Shown here piece by piece: positions 1 to 8,641 of a DNA stretch of 64,000 nt. Positions within the stretch are counted from its first letter, which is position 1. Each line of letters opens with the position of its first letter. The notes beneath the pieces were generated by a model that was not told the DNA's origin, did not search any database, and was given only the letters and a program-made list of their open reading frames with translations. The position numbers and the translations under genes were made by a program. This stretch comes from a virus: the IMG/VR virus record IMGVR_UViG_3300021170_000010, positions 38,900-102,899 of that record. One strand, given 5' to 3'.

Positions 1-518
1 CTGCTGCTCACGAGCCGCAGGTCCGGCCTCTGATCGAGCAGCGTGTCTATAGCCGGATCTACCGCCTTCGTACGGTCCCACCGGCCTAAGATCGCGAAGT
101 CGAGGTGTTCTCGGATCTTGAGCCAGAGTTGCCGCTTGTACGGCGCTCCGTGCTTCTCGTCGCGAATCCAGTAGGCTCCGTCTGCGAGTTCGCGGTGCGT
201 GTAGCCGGAGAAAATTCCGACGCTAAAGTCCGGACGGTATGCCTTGACCGCCAGGATCAGCGCGAGGAGTTCGTCGGCCTGCTGCATCGGTTCGCCGCCC
301 GACACGGTGATTCCCTTTGTGCCGACGGCGCAGTGAAGGATGATGTGCCGCGCGAGCGCCTGCGACTCCCAGAGCGTTCCGCCGGAGAGCGGATGCGTGG
401 CGGGATTGTGGCAGCCGGGGCAGTTGAGCGAGCAGCCTTGCAGCCAAATGCAGGTCCGTAACTCTGGGCCGTTGGCGCGCGTTCCGTGAAGGATCGCGTT
501 CTGGTGGATACGGATCAT
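1..518 (-). CDS. NrdG-like radical SAM (4Fe-4S) activating-type enzyme, truncated by window edge
   Basis: Not in ORF track. Hand translation from ATG 518: MIRIHQNAILHGTRANGPELRTCIWLQGCSLNCPGCHNP...GITVSGGEPMQQ...IFSGYT; CxxxCxxC and GGEP motifs typical of the NrdG family. Confidence 0.85.
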   Translation of the reverse strand, partial: MIRIHQNAILHGTRANGPELRTCIWLQGCSLNCPGCHNPATHPLSGGTLWESQALARHIILHCAVGTKGITVSGGEPMQQADELLALILAVKAYRPDFSVGIFSGYTHRELADGAYWIRDEKHGAPYKRQLWLKIREHLDFAILGRWDRTKAVDPAIDTLLDQRPDLRLVSS

Positions 519-706
519 TGCGTTCCTTTCGTGGCTACTTCTTCAATGTCGATAAGTTTCTGCGCGTATCGAACGCCGTTAAGCGCTGTGCGTAATTTCT
601 CACGCGCTTCTGCCGTCATATCGTCCTGCTCAATTAAAACGTCTTGAATTCTGGCGGCGGAATCACGAAGTGAAGATGAAGCTCCGTACGCGTCTTGCCA
701 TTTCAT
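515..706 (-). CDS. hypothetical protein
   Basis: 63-aa ORF overlapping both neighbours (ATGA coupling). Confidence 0.6.
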   Translation of the reverse strand: MKWQDAYGASSSLRDSAARIQDVLIEQDDMTAEAREKLRTALNGVRYAQKLIDIEEVATKGTQ

Positions 707-1233
707 CCAATTTCCTCCAAGTCGATACTACGAATCCGCGCCCACTCGATGAACGTTGATTCCATCGGAGATGGGACGCGGTACTGAACGATTGCTAATC
801 CGCCGGGGTTAGTGATCGAAGACGTTTCGATCTGGCCGTCGCCGCCGAAGACTTCCTGGATGGCATTGAACGTCGAGACGCAACCTCGATCCGGAAGCGT
901 GAATTCGAACATCATACCGTAGCCTCTTTCTGAGTTTCCGGATGACGGATACCTTTTGAAGTAGAGACCGGAAAAGACGAACGGCGGATGCGGCGTCGGC
1001 TTTACTCCGTTTAAAACGTCCTTGATCGTCACGGATTTGACCGAGTATGAATCCGTCCGGTACCAGTACGGGTTCTCGCCCATGCAGAAGACGCGGCAGC
1101 CGTGGAGCGTATCGTTGATATACGGCGAGCCGTAGCGGTCCGCGTAGACGTTCCGCTTCTCAGTAATCTCGCGCTGGAAGACGTCATTGGAATATATACG
1201 GACGCGGACCTCGAACTTGCCGAGCTTCTTCAT
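703..1233 (-). CDS. hypothetical protein
   Basis: Likely start MKKLGKF at 1233, coupled to the upstream stop. Confidence 0.6.
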   Translation of the reverse strand: MKKLGKFEVRVRIYSNDVFQREITEKRNVYADRYGSPYINDTLHGCRVFCMGENPYWYRTDSYSVKSVTIKDVLNGVKPTPHPPFVFSGLYFKRYPSSGNSERGYGMMFEFTLPDRGCVSTFNAIQEVFGGDGQIETSSITNPGGLAIVQYRVPSPMESTFIEWARIRSIDLEEIG

Positions 1234-1532
1234 ACGTCGATTCCTTCCGCGCGCAAGCGCTGCGCTAAATCGCCGCGATTCCATTGAAGGAAGCCATCTA
1301 CCTGATCGGGAAAGCCGATCCGGAGCCGCGCGAGGTTATCGTCGTCAGCTTTCATAATCGCTTGCGCGAGCGCCGTCTGGAAGTCTCCGAGAAGGCCGAA
1401 TTGCCACTTCAGCACGAACTTGGTAGCGTCGGTAAAGTCCGAAGATACGAGAGCCTCGGCGACGCTCTTAGGAATGGTTCTCCCCGGATTCTCCCATGGA
1501 AGAGACAGAGGACGATTAACGAATCCGCTCAT
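1230..1532 (-). CDS. small phage hypothetical protein
   Basis: 100 aa; coupled overlaps on both sides. Confidence 0.6.
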   Translation of the reverse strand: MSGFVNRPLSLPWENPGRTIPKSVAEALVSSDFTDATKFVLKWQFGLLGDFQTALAQAIMKADDDNLARLRIGFPDQVDGFLQWNRGDLAQRLRAEGIDV

Positions 1533-1711
1533 GCTTTCTGGTCCTCCTTCTGCCGGACGACTTCGAGGTACTCCGGCTTGTTGCGAATCGTCTTGGTCTT
1601 GTCGCCTCCGGCGAAGTCGGCAAGAACGCGTTCGCAGCCTTGACCATGAAAATTTTTCAGGTCAATTTCCGATTCGCCCTCTTCATCTACGGTGATGCTG
1701 ATCTCTTTCAT
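1529..1711 (-). CDS. DUF2997-family protein
   Basis: MKEISITVDEEGESEIDLKNFHGQGC...NKPEY matches the DUF2997 pattern; neighbours are DUF1257 and an AAA ATPase. Confidence 0.75.
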   Translation of the reverse strand: MKEISITVDEEGESEIDLKNFHGQGCERVLADFAGGDKTKTIRNKPEYLEVVRQKEDQKA

Positions 1712-2589
1712 GCGCTTCTCTTCCCTTTCTGTGCGGCAAGCCGCTCTTCGTGAAACCGTTTAACGACTTCGTAGATCGCTTCCGGCCAAATGCAGTACGT
1801 CCAGAGGTTTCCTTTACCGTTCGGAAAGCTGATCTCGTAGACGCCCCCGAACGCTCCCCCGAGCGTACAGATCTTCTCGCCGGAAGTATCTTCGATCACG
1901 TCTACCATCGAATCGGCCATCTTAAAGCGCGCGAGGCCGGACGTCTGTCCAGGCTCCCAATCGAGGCAGATCGGAAGTTTGATCTCTCCGATAGGAGTCC
2001 GCAGCTTTTCACGAAGTTTCCGCGTCTCAGCATCATTCCGTTTCTTCGTTTCTTCACCGGCTTTAATGCGCTCCTGGAGGGCGACTTCGTTTGCTCGCTC
2101 ATCTTCCGCAAAGGCCGCATCTAGTTGCGCTTCTTCGATGCGTTCGATCTGCTTAACGTCCGGTGCGGGAAGACCGTTCATAGAACGCCACCACGCCGGT
2201 ATTGGGTCACCGTGTCCGTCGTCTACTACGATGTTCGGTAGGGATAGGCCGCGTTCCTCAGCTTCGACAGAAACGTAGTTGTTATACGTAAACGCGGAGA
2301 CCACTACGACGAGAGCGCTAGAGTTATCTTCCGCCCACTTAACGAGGTAGCGCGCGTTGTCTTCCATGAGCGAAGTTCCAGGAAGCATTCCGCCGAAGTC
2401 GTATATCACGAGATCAGTTCCGACCTTGATGTCTCCGGGAGAATGCGCGCGGTACCACGCTAGTTTCGCAGGAGCTACGCGCTCTTTATATTCGCGTACG
2501 TGGTCCTTGACTTCTTGTTCCGGAGAGAATTCTCCGAATCCGTGGCCCATCGGATCGACAATGATAGCCGCCTTGATCTTCTGCGGCAT
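1708..2589 (-). CDS. hypothetical protein with N-terminal receiver(REC)-like domain and coiled coil
   Basis: AIIVD...DLVIYD...LVVVVSA spacing resembles the REC beta1/beta3/beta4 strands. Confidence 0.5.
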   Translation of the reverse strand: MPQKIKAAIIVDPMGHGFGEFSPEQEVKDHVREYKERVAPAKLAWYRAHSPGDIKVGTDLVIYDFGGMLPGTSLMEDNARYLVKWAEDNSSALVVVVSAFTYNNYVSVEAEERGLSLPNIVVDDGHGDPIPAWWRSMNGLPAPDVKQIERIEEAQLDAAFAEDERANEVALQERIKAGEETKKRNDAETRKLREKLRTPIGEIKLPICLDWEPGQTSGLARFKMADSMVDVIEDTSGEKICTLGGAFGGVYEISFPNGKGNLWTYCIWPEAIYEVVKRFHEERLAAQKGKRSA

Positions 2590-2591
2590 GG

Positions 2592-2996
2592 CTATCGCGC
2601 TCCGAAGCGGAGCATCACCTTTCCCTTAACCACTTCTCTTCCGAGAAGGACGTGGCCCTTCGCGCGGGCGACGGCCATGTGGCGCTGGACGGTATACCCC
2701 TGCTTTAACTTCCCCATCCAGGTATCGTCGAATTTAGCGCTATGATCATACGCGGAGATAACGGCCTGATAGGTTCCGTCTGGCTGTTTAGAGAAGCCGA
2801 TATCATTCGACGCGCTAATCCCGGTATTCTGGCGTCTGATTATGATATTAGCCTTCTCGTTTCGCTGGTCTCCGCCGTATCCGTAGAGGGGTTGCGCCTC
2901 GGAATGGACTTCATATTTGAACCCCATGTCATCGAGCGCCGCGCAGAGATACCGTTCATCGCGGATCGTAGTCTCAAAAATTCCATACTTTGACAT
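2592..2996 (-). CDS. DUF1257 (Ycf35-like) protein
   Basis: MSKY...ET.I.D...L..AL.DMG...NDIGF....DGTY..V.S.YD pattern; start at 2996. Confidence 0.8.
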   Translation of the reverse strand: MSKYGIFETTIRDERYLCAALDDMGFKYEVHSEAQPLYGYGGDQRNEKANIIIRRQNTGISASNDIGFSKQPDGTYQAVISAYDHSAKFDDTWMGKLKQGYTVQRHMAVARAKGHVLLGREVVKGKVMLRFGAR

Positions 2997-3016
2997 TTTA
3001 CGGTTGTCTCCTATTC

Positions 3017-3457
3017 TTAGTTTGTGGAATTCCAATGGTCTCGTTGCCATTGATTATGGCAGATACTGCAAAATCGGCTACCGCTAGCTGAGTTAATAGA
3101 ATCGTACGGATGGCCGTTTTTGCAATGCGTCTTACGGGCGTTAATAGCTGCTGGAGATTCGCCGCGTTCTTTATTGATTGAGAGAGGCACTGGATCTAGA
3201 TGTGATGGACGAACACATCGTCTATTTCGGCAAAGATGATCAAGCGTTAGACCGTCCGGGATTGGTCCGACGGAAATCTCGTATGAATAGCGATGGGTTA
3301 ATAGCACTCCACGTGGACGACGATTAATTTGGCCATATCCTGTAGCAGCCATAATGTATCCGGTCCATTCCCAACACGCACCTAAGTCCGGCCTTATAAT
3401 CGGTCCATCTTTATTAACGCGCTTCCAGAAGTCCGATTCCGTAGCTCTAGCTGACAT
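3017..3457 (-). CDS. HNH homing endonuclease
   Basis: CWEWTG...GYG...HR.SY...LDHLCRNRRCVRPSHL plus C-terminal THCKNGH...CSIC; more AT-rich than flanks. Confidence 0.9.
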   Translation of the reverse strand: MSARATESDFWKRVNKDGPIIRPDLGACWEWTGYIMAATGYGQINRRPRGVLLTHRYSYEISVGPIPDGLTLDHLCRNRRCVRPSHLDPVPLSINKERGESPAAINARKTHCKNGHPYDSINSASGSRFCSICHNQWQRDHWNSTN

Positions 3458-3581
3458 GGCGTCTCTCCTGATCCCAGTACGGAGAATGGCACTTCGGGCA
3501 ACAGCGCGGTTCCTTCGTAGACCTGCGCCACCATACGTGAAGGCAGCGCAGGCAGTGTAGTGGATTCTTGATTGATCGCAT
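3447..3581 (-). CDS. small C4 zinc-ribbon protein (44 aa)
   Basis: Hand-translated MRSIKNPLHCLRCLHVWWRRSTKEPRCCPKCHSPYWDQERRHVS. Confidence 0.7.
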   Translation of the reverse strand: MRSIKNPLHCLRCLHVWWRRSTKEPRCCPKCHSPYWDQERRHVS

Positions 3582-3586
3582 ACCTA

Positions 3587-3617
3587 TAGCGTAATACGAT
3601 AATAATATATTACGCTA
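3587..3617. promoter_or_regulatory. 10-bp perfect inverted repeat (operator-like) in AT-rich promoter region
   Basis: TAGCGTAATA-N11-TATTACGCTA immediately upstream of ATG 3581. Confidence 0.6.
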
Positions 3618-3629
3618 CTAGTATTTTTA

Positions 3630-5162
3630 CTAGCCGTTTACCTCCAGGAGCCGTGCTCCGTGCTGTTCTTCCTGCCGTTTCCGCTCGTACGTTCCCGCGT
3701 AGGAAGCTGAGATGAACTTGCCGTCCGCCTGTTCGCGGAGGCGCTGAATGACATCCGGCGAAGACTTCGCGACCGGAACGATGTAGGCTGATGCTTCGAT
3801 CAGAGAGATCCGGAAGCGGTATGCCGTCTGGCAGCACGTCTGAATCTCCGCACCGGTCCAGTCCTTGTCGGAAGGGATCTTCGCCTGCGCGGACTTCAGT
3901 CCGTACTTGCTGATGTAGAGCTTCCAGATCGCCTTCTTCTCTTCGTCCGTCGGGAGATCGCAGAAGAAAGTTGCGCTCTTGAACCGGCGCTTCATCTCCG
4001 GTGAGAGAGTTCCGAAGCTATTGCACGTCGCGATGACGAGTACGTACCCCTGCGATACGGCGTCGATCACCTTGAACGTCTGGCGCAAGGCGAGTCCGCT
4101 CTCCCCGACGAGGCTAGACTTCATCGCCCCGAGGTCGAACGCGATGGTCGGCTTCTTATGGCTGCCGCCGGTGCATTTGGCGAGCATCGACTTGCCGCTG
4201 CCAGCCGGTCCGATCAGCAGAACGGCCTGAATGTTCTTCCGCTCTCCCATCCACGTCAGGAGCGCTCCGACCATCTCGGTCGATACTCCGGACGTATCGG
4301 TTCCAGCTCCGGCCAGCTGCTTTTCAATTTCGTCAATCCAAACGACGCAGCGCGGCGGGTCCTGTCCGGCCATCATCCGCTCGAAGTACTGGATCGCGTT
4401 GTCCGAGCCGCGCATGTCCGCGAACGTCTCGCCTCCGCGCCAGACCGTCAGGCCCTTCGTCGCTTCGATCATGGACCGCTTCCGGTCCCAGAGGTCGTCG
4501 ATGGCGAGTCCAGCCTTGCTGATCGACTCCGCGCAAGCCTGCTCTGCAGGGAAAGCCGCCAGGCCGGAGATCGCTTCAACCGCGTCTCCGAGATCGTCCG
4601 GCGCTTCGAGTTTCGCGCTCTTGTAGATTAGCCGGACGATAATACCGAGTTGCTTTTCGTCCGGCAGCGGCTCGTCGATCACGCGGACGTCCTGCTGGAT
4701 CTCGGTGGGAAGGTCCATAGCCGGACAGACGAGCACGAGCATCCGTCCGGACGACTTGTAGTAGTCGCGGAGATTCCAGACGGCCTGAGAGACGCCGAGT
4801 TGGCTGATGACGCGGTGGGCGTTCAGGAAGAACGTGATCGCGCCGTTCATCCGCATTCTTCCGCTTTCGTCCGGTTCGCTACCCTGAATCCCCATGAGGA
4901 CCTGGAGCGCCGTGACCGGATCTATGAGTTGATCTGGCATTATTCCTTCCGGCATCCGGAGATCCTTAACAGCCTTCGCTCCGGCTTCTCCGAGTCCGCC
5001 GATGCCGCGCACGATATCCCACTGGATAAACGGCGTTCCGTCTCCGTTGAATAATTCGCGGATGGCCTTGATCGTCGCAGCGGGGTCCGCCGTCTGGACG
5101 CAGACGATGGGTGTGCACGCGGTTCGCGCCGCGCGGAATTGAGTGATGAGAGTCTTCGTCAT
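3630..5162 (-). CDS. Ycf46-like AAA+ ATPase with swapped Walker B / Walker A segments
   Basis: VVWIDEIEK (4346-4320) precedes GPAGSGKS (4211-4188); also LVGES, VIATCN, EMKRRF, FFCDLP; degenerate N-terminal domain; start MTKTL at 5162. Confidence 0.85.
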   Translation of the reverse strand: MTKTLITQFRAARTACTPIVCVQTADPAATIKAIRELFNGDGTPFIQWDIVRGIGGLGEAGAKAVKDLRMPEGIMPDQLIDPVTALQVLMGIQGSEPDESGRMRMNGAITFFLNAHRVISQLGVSQAVWNLRDYYKSSGRMLVLVCPAMDLPTEIQQDVRVIDEPLPDEKQLGIIVRLIYKSAKLEAPDDLGDAVEAISGLAAFPAEQACAESISKAGLAIDDLWDRKRSMIEATKGLTVWRGGETFADMRGSDNAIQYFERMMAGQDPPRCVVWIDEIEKQLAGAGTDTSGVSTEMVGALLTWMGERKNIQAVLLIGPAGSGKSMLAKCTGGSHKKPTIAFDLGAMKSSLVGESGLALRQTFKVIDAVSQGYVLVIATCNSFGTLSPEMKRRFKSATFFCDLPTDEEKKAIWKLYISKYGLKSAQAKIPSDKDWTGAEIQTCCQTAYRFRISLIEASAYIVPVAKSSPDVIQRLREQADGKFISASYAGTYERKRQEEQHGARLLEVNG

Positions 5163-5314
5163 GCGGCCTTCCTTTCTTTCCGCAGAGCCGCCGGATTGCC
5201 GCAGGCGAAGCATTTCGCCGTTGCGGTTCCTTCGCTTGAGACGGTTATCACAGCCGTCGGATGAGAACATTTAACGCACGGCATCAACGTTATCGCGTAC
5301 TTGGTCTTCGTCAT
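5159..5314 (-). CDS. small zinc-ribbon protein (51 aa)
   Basis: Hand-translated MTKTKYAITLMPCVKCSH...KCFACGN...KAA; ATGA overlaps on both sides. Confidence 0.6.
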   Translation of the reverse strand: MTKTKYAITLMPCVKCSHPTAVITVSSEGTATAKCFACGNPAALRKERKAA

Positions 5315-5691
5315 TTCTTGCCTTTCTCCTTCGCGGCCATAGACCGCAGTTTTTCGATGATCGAATTGAGGGTGACCTGAGTCTTATGCGCTTCGAGGTC
5401 ATCCCAATGATTCAGTCCGCAGCCGGAGCACTTCTCCTTCTTCGGGCGTAGCTTCGTAGCGTAGCGCTTTAGGATAACGAGCGCTTCGAGAGCCGCCTTA
5501 CCGCCTTCGGATAAAGCCGCGCAGGTCGGATTATCCGGATGATGATAACTGCGGCAGGATTCGCACCACGGGAAGCCGTTCTTATCGTCTCGATAATGAA
5601 ACGGACACGTCGATTGCGTTCCTTCGAGAACGCGCTTGCAATGATCGCACGTGTCCGGCCTCATTCCGGCTGCGATGGTTAGGTTGTTCAT
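5311..5691 (-). CDS. Cys/His-rich hypothetical protein
   Basis: Start MNNLTI at 5691 after GGAGG; CDHC, CESC and CSGC motifs. Confidence 0.6.
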   Translation of the reverse strand: MNNLTIAAGMRPDTCDHCKRVLEGTQSTCPFHYRDDKNGFPWCESCRSYHHPDNPTCAALSEGGKAALEALVILKRYATKLRPKKEKCSGCGLNHWDDLEAHKTQVTLNSIIEKLRSMAAKEKGKK

Positions 5692-5981
5692 GATGCCTCC
5701 TTGCGCGGAGCGTTCATAGCCGCGCCCGACTCCGTCATTTCCTTGATGCAGACCGGGCACAAGAGCATACCGGCGAAGGCGACGCCGTGGGATATGCAGA
5801 CCGTCCGCTCGCAGTCGCATTCGAACTGCGGACAGCCGGAGCAGAGATCCGCGCCGCACGTCGCGCACGGCTTCGTTTCGATCAAGGCGTGCTCTCCGTC
5901 TTCGTCTGCCTGGATCGGAACGTGGTGAAGAGCGCGGCAGCGCGCGCATTCGAGAAGGACCTTCGAGGGAAGGCTAGCCAT
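5688..5981 (-). CDS. Cys-rich zinc-finger protein
   Basis: CARC, CATC, CSGC, CDC, CPVC. Confidence 0.65.
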   Translation of the reverse strand: MASLPSKVLLECARCRALHHVPIQADEDGEHALIETKPCATCGADLCSGCPQFECDCERTVCISHGVAFAGMLLCPVCIKEMTESGAAMNAPRKEAS

Positions 5982-6405
5982 AGTTGACCATTCCTTCCGC
6001 GTCGATGGCCGCTTGGATGATCGCGGAGAGTTGCGTTAGACGTTCGGTGAAGTAGCCGTCGTCCGTTCCGCATTCGATCCAGCGTCCGCCGTTCTTCGTA
6101 CGGGTTTCTTCCGTCGGTCGTCCGGTATCGAGAGCGGGAACCGCGATTAGCGATTGAAGCGCGAAGGTAACGCGCTCCTGAAGGTCCTGAAGCGAGCCGT
6201 CTCCGAACGTTCCGCAGTATTCCGCTCCGGGGAATCCGAGGAGTTCCATGATGCGGCAGAAGTTTCCGTTGGCGACGTTTAGCTCCCACGGATTCTGATT
6301 GGTCTGAATGCGTCCGTACTCGGCGTTATCCTCGAAGGTCGGCTGCCAACCTTCCGGCGCGAGTTCCGTTCCGTCACTGCTATACGCTGAAAACGTTACG
6401 CTCAT
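5974..6405 (-). CDS. hypothetical protein
   Basis: 143 aa with AGGAG RBS. Confidence 0.65.
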   Translation of the reverse strand: MSVTFSAYSSDGTELAPEGWQPTFEDNAEYGRIQTNQNPWELNVANGNFCRIMELLGFPGAEYCGTFGDGSLQDLQERVTFALQSLIAVPALDTGRPTEETRTKNGGRWIECGTDDGYFTERLTQLSAIIQAAIDAEGMVNYG

Positions 6406-6416
6406 AGGATCTCCTT

Positions 6417-7961
6417 TTAATCGCAGTCCATCGTCTGGAGGTAGATCGGCGAGACGCCGAAGAACGCTTCCGTCTCGGCCTTCGCGCGGTGATCGAAGCG
6501 CGACTGCTGGCGTCCGGTATAGAGCCGGTATCCGGTTCCGAAGCCGGACGGCGTGAAGCTGTGGGATTTACCGGCCTTGAGTTCTGCCGTTACCTGCGCC
6601 TTCAGTTCCGGCGTGGCCAGGAAGCCGAGACCGGGGATCGACTCCGACCGGTCGATCCGCGCGCGGGATTCCGCTACCCGCTTAATTTGGTCACGGAATC
6701 GCTGTAGGACGTCCTCTACGGTGTCCGCCAGTTGCAGGTAGAAGGAATCCTCTACCCCGGTCCGGTCGAACGTCCTGACGCCCTGAGACGTCGTGAACGA
6801 GGTATGGCCGGAAGCCTTCGAGTCGTAGCTTGCGGGTTTCTCCTTTCCGGCATTTCGCCCGTAGAAGCGGAGCGTGATCGTGATACCGTCCGGCGACTTT
6901 GCCGTAAAGGTCGGCGTGATGAGCGCCTTGTCTCCGTATCCCCACCGGTCTTCTCCGACGGCTCCGGTCCATCCGGTGAACTCCGGAAGCGGTACGAAGA
7001 CGTCCGGAAGCTCCGGACAGAAGGAACCGTCCGCGTGGCAGATCGCCGCGAAGAGATCGGTAGCGGAGAACTCGACCGGCTTCCGGTGCTCGCGGCAGGT
7101 CTTCTCGATGATGGTCGCGTTCGGCGGCGCTTCGCCGTCGTGAACGTGCCACTCGTCCGGACCGTTGAAGAGATGCGGACGGTCCGAGTAGTGAGACGCC
7201 GAACAGTGGAAGATCACTTCGGAAGCGGCTGCGCTCGCGGCCAGCTTGTCAATGTCGAGGCCATCCGGCGTAAGAGAAGCCTTGACCGCTTCCATCGCTG
7301 CGAACCGCGTCATCCCGAGAACGATGTGCGCGATCTGGTCGATATGGAGAGGCACTTTATTCCAGGCCTTCTTAAAGACGTCCGCCACGAGGTCCTTACG
7401 GCGGTCGAATCTGCGGATCTGATACTCCGCGTTCAGGTCTTCTCCGAACGGACGCCAGAGGAAGCTCTTCGACGGATCGGTGAGTTCCGCGAGCGTCCGG
7501 TTCGGAACCGTGACGTACGTCTTTCCGACTTCCCCGTTCTTCCGGAGGAGCCGGATGATGACCTGGCCGACCATCGCGCGGGCGTAAGAAGCTATGTTCT
7601 CCGGGTGAACCGTCTCGCGCGTGACGATCTCGATGCGCCCCTTCTCGCCGGCGAGCTTCATCGTGAGTCCCGGCTTCTGCTGGTAGCGGTCGAGGTACTT
7701 CCACTCGGCCATCAGCGTGCCGACCGGCCACGGAGTCTTGACGCTCTCTAGCGTGATCCGGTCCGATTCCGCCTGGAGCGCTTGAGCCGCTAAGTTAACG
7801 GTATTCGTCGCTTCACGGATACGATCACCGAATAGCGTGTAGATCGTTCTGTTTAACTCCGCTTCGAGCGCGGACTTCTTAGCGTATTTCTCACTCTCGA
7901 TCTTGCTCTTGCTTTCCCGAGCGGCGTTAAGAGCCGCGCGGAGTTCTTCGATGTTCGGCAT
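6417..7961 (-). CDS. large hypothetical protein, N-terminal coiled coil
   Basis: Start MPNIEE at 7961 with GGAGG RBS. Confidence 0.7.
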   Translation of the reverse strand: MPNIEELRAALNAARESKSKIESEKYAKKSALEAELNRTIYTLFGDRIREATNTVNLAAQALQAESDRITLESVKTPWPVGTLMAEWKYLDRYQQKPGLTMKLAGEKGRIEIVTRETVHPENIASYARAMVGQVIIRLLRKNGEVGKTYVTVPNRTLAELTDPSKSFLWRPFGEDLNAEYQIRRFDRRKDLVADVFKKAWNKVPLHIDQIAHIVLGMTRFAAMEAVKASLTPDGLDIDKLAASAAASEVIFHCSASHYSDRPHLFNGPDEWHVHDGEAPPNATIIEKTCREHRKPVEFSATDLFAAICHADGSFCPELPDVFVPLPEFTGWTGAVGEDRWGYGDKALITPTFTAKSPDGITITLRFYGRNAGKEKPASYDSKASGHTSFTTSQGVRTFDRTGVEDSFYLQLADTVEDVLQRFRDQIKRVAESRARIDRSESIPGLGFLATPELKAQVTAELKAGKSHSFTPSGFGTGYRLYTGRQQSRFDHRAKAETEAFFGVSPIYLQTMDCD

Positions 7962-7963
7962 GG

Positions 7964-8149
7964 TTAATTGACCTCCACGTATTCCATCATCAGTTGAAGC
8001 GCGGCGTCGTAGGACGCGCACGCGAACAGGCGAGAGTTAAACTCCTTCGCCTTCTCGGGTTGGCCAGCGGTCTTCAGCGCGCGGGATACCTTCCCAGCAA
8101 GCGTGAAGACGTTTCCGTCGGTTCCGGTCAATTTCACTTTCGGCTTCAT
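7964..8149 (-). CDS. small phage protein
   Basis: KVKLTGTDGNVF...SYDAAL; AAGGAG RBS. Confidence 0.65.
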   Translation of the reverse strand: MKPKVKLTGTDGNVFTLAGKVSRALKTAGQPEKAKEFNSRLFACASYDAALQLMMEYVEVN

Positions 8150-8264
8150 ACGTTAAATCTCCTTTGGCGGCTGCGATCCTCAAGCCGCGTCTCTCGTAGT
8201 ACTTCACTTTCTCGCGCCACTTCTTGACGTCTTTCTCCTTGCGGCCTCAGCCGCTCTCTATGTT

Positions 8265-8639
8265 CTACCTTTCCGCGCGCCACTGGGCGATATAGGCGTC
8301 GCACCGCGCCTGAAATGGAAGCGCCATCAGCTTCGCTTCCGCGCGGCGCTGGAGCCTTCGGATCTGCTTCGAGATGGCCACGGCGCGCTCGTCGTTCGAA
8401 GAGGTAGAGCGGCAGGACCGGACCGGCTCCGGCGCTACCACGGCCAGCGGAGTAGGCGCGGCAGCCGCTTTACGCCACTCGTAGATCTCCGGACCGTAGT
8501 CGGCCAGGAGTTGCTTCTCGACGGAGGAGTAGTGCTTTACGTCTTCGAAGGCGACGGCGTGGAAGCCGCGCGCGAACAGGAGAGCGTCCGTCATCGGCTG
8601 GACCGGGACGATGCGGAGGAGCGTAGAGTAGGCGAACAT
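8265..8639 (-). CDS. hypothetical protein
   Basis: 124-aa ORF in operon context. Confidence 0.55.
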   Translation of the reverse strand: MFAYSTLLRIVPVQPMTDALLFARGFHAVAFEDVKHYSSVEKQLLADYGPEIYEWRKAAAAPTPLAVVAPEPVRSCRSTSSNDERAVAISKQIRRLQRRAEAKLMALPFQARCDAYIAQWRAER

Positions 8640-8641
8640 GG

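Noticed and set aside
3000-3630. HNH as part of a group I intron
   Set aside because: Flanking genes are intact and separate, and no intron core is recognisable.
6732-7751. Long antisense ORFs (also 22453-23373, 28169-29047, 45255-46175, 50107-50997)
   Set aside because: Shadow frames of GC-rich genes; Arg-rich, with no motifs or RBS.
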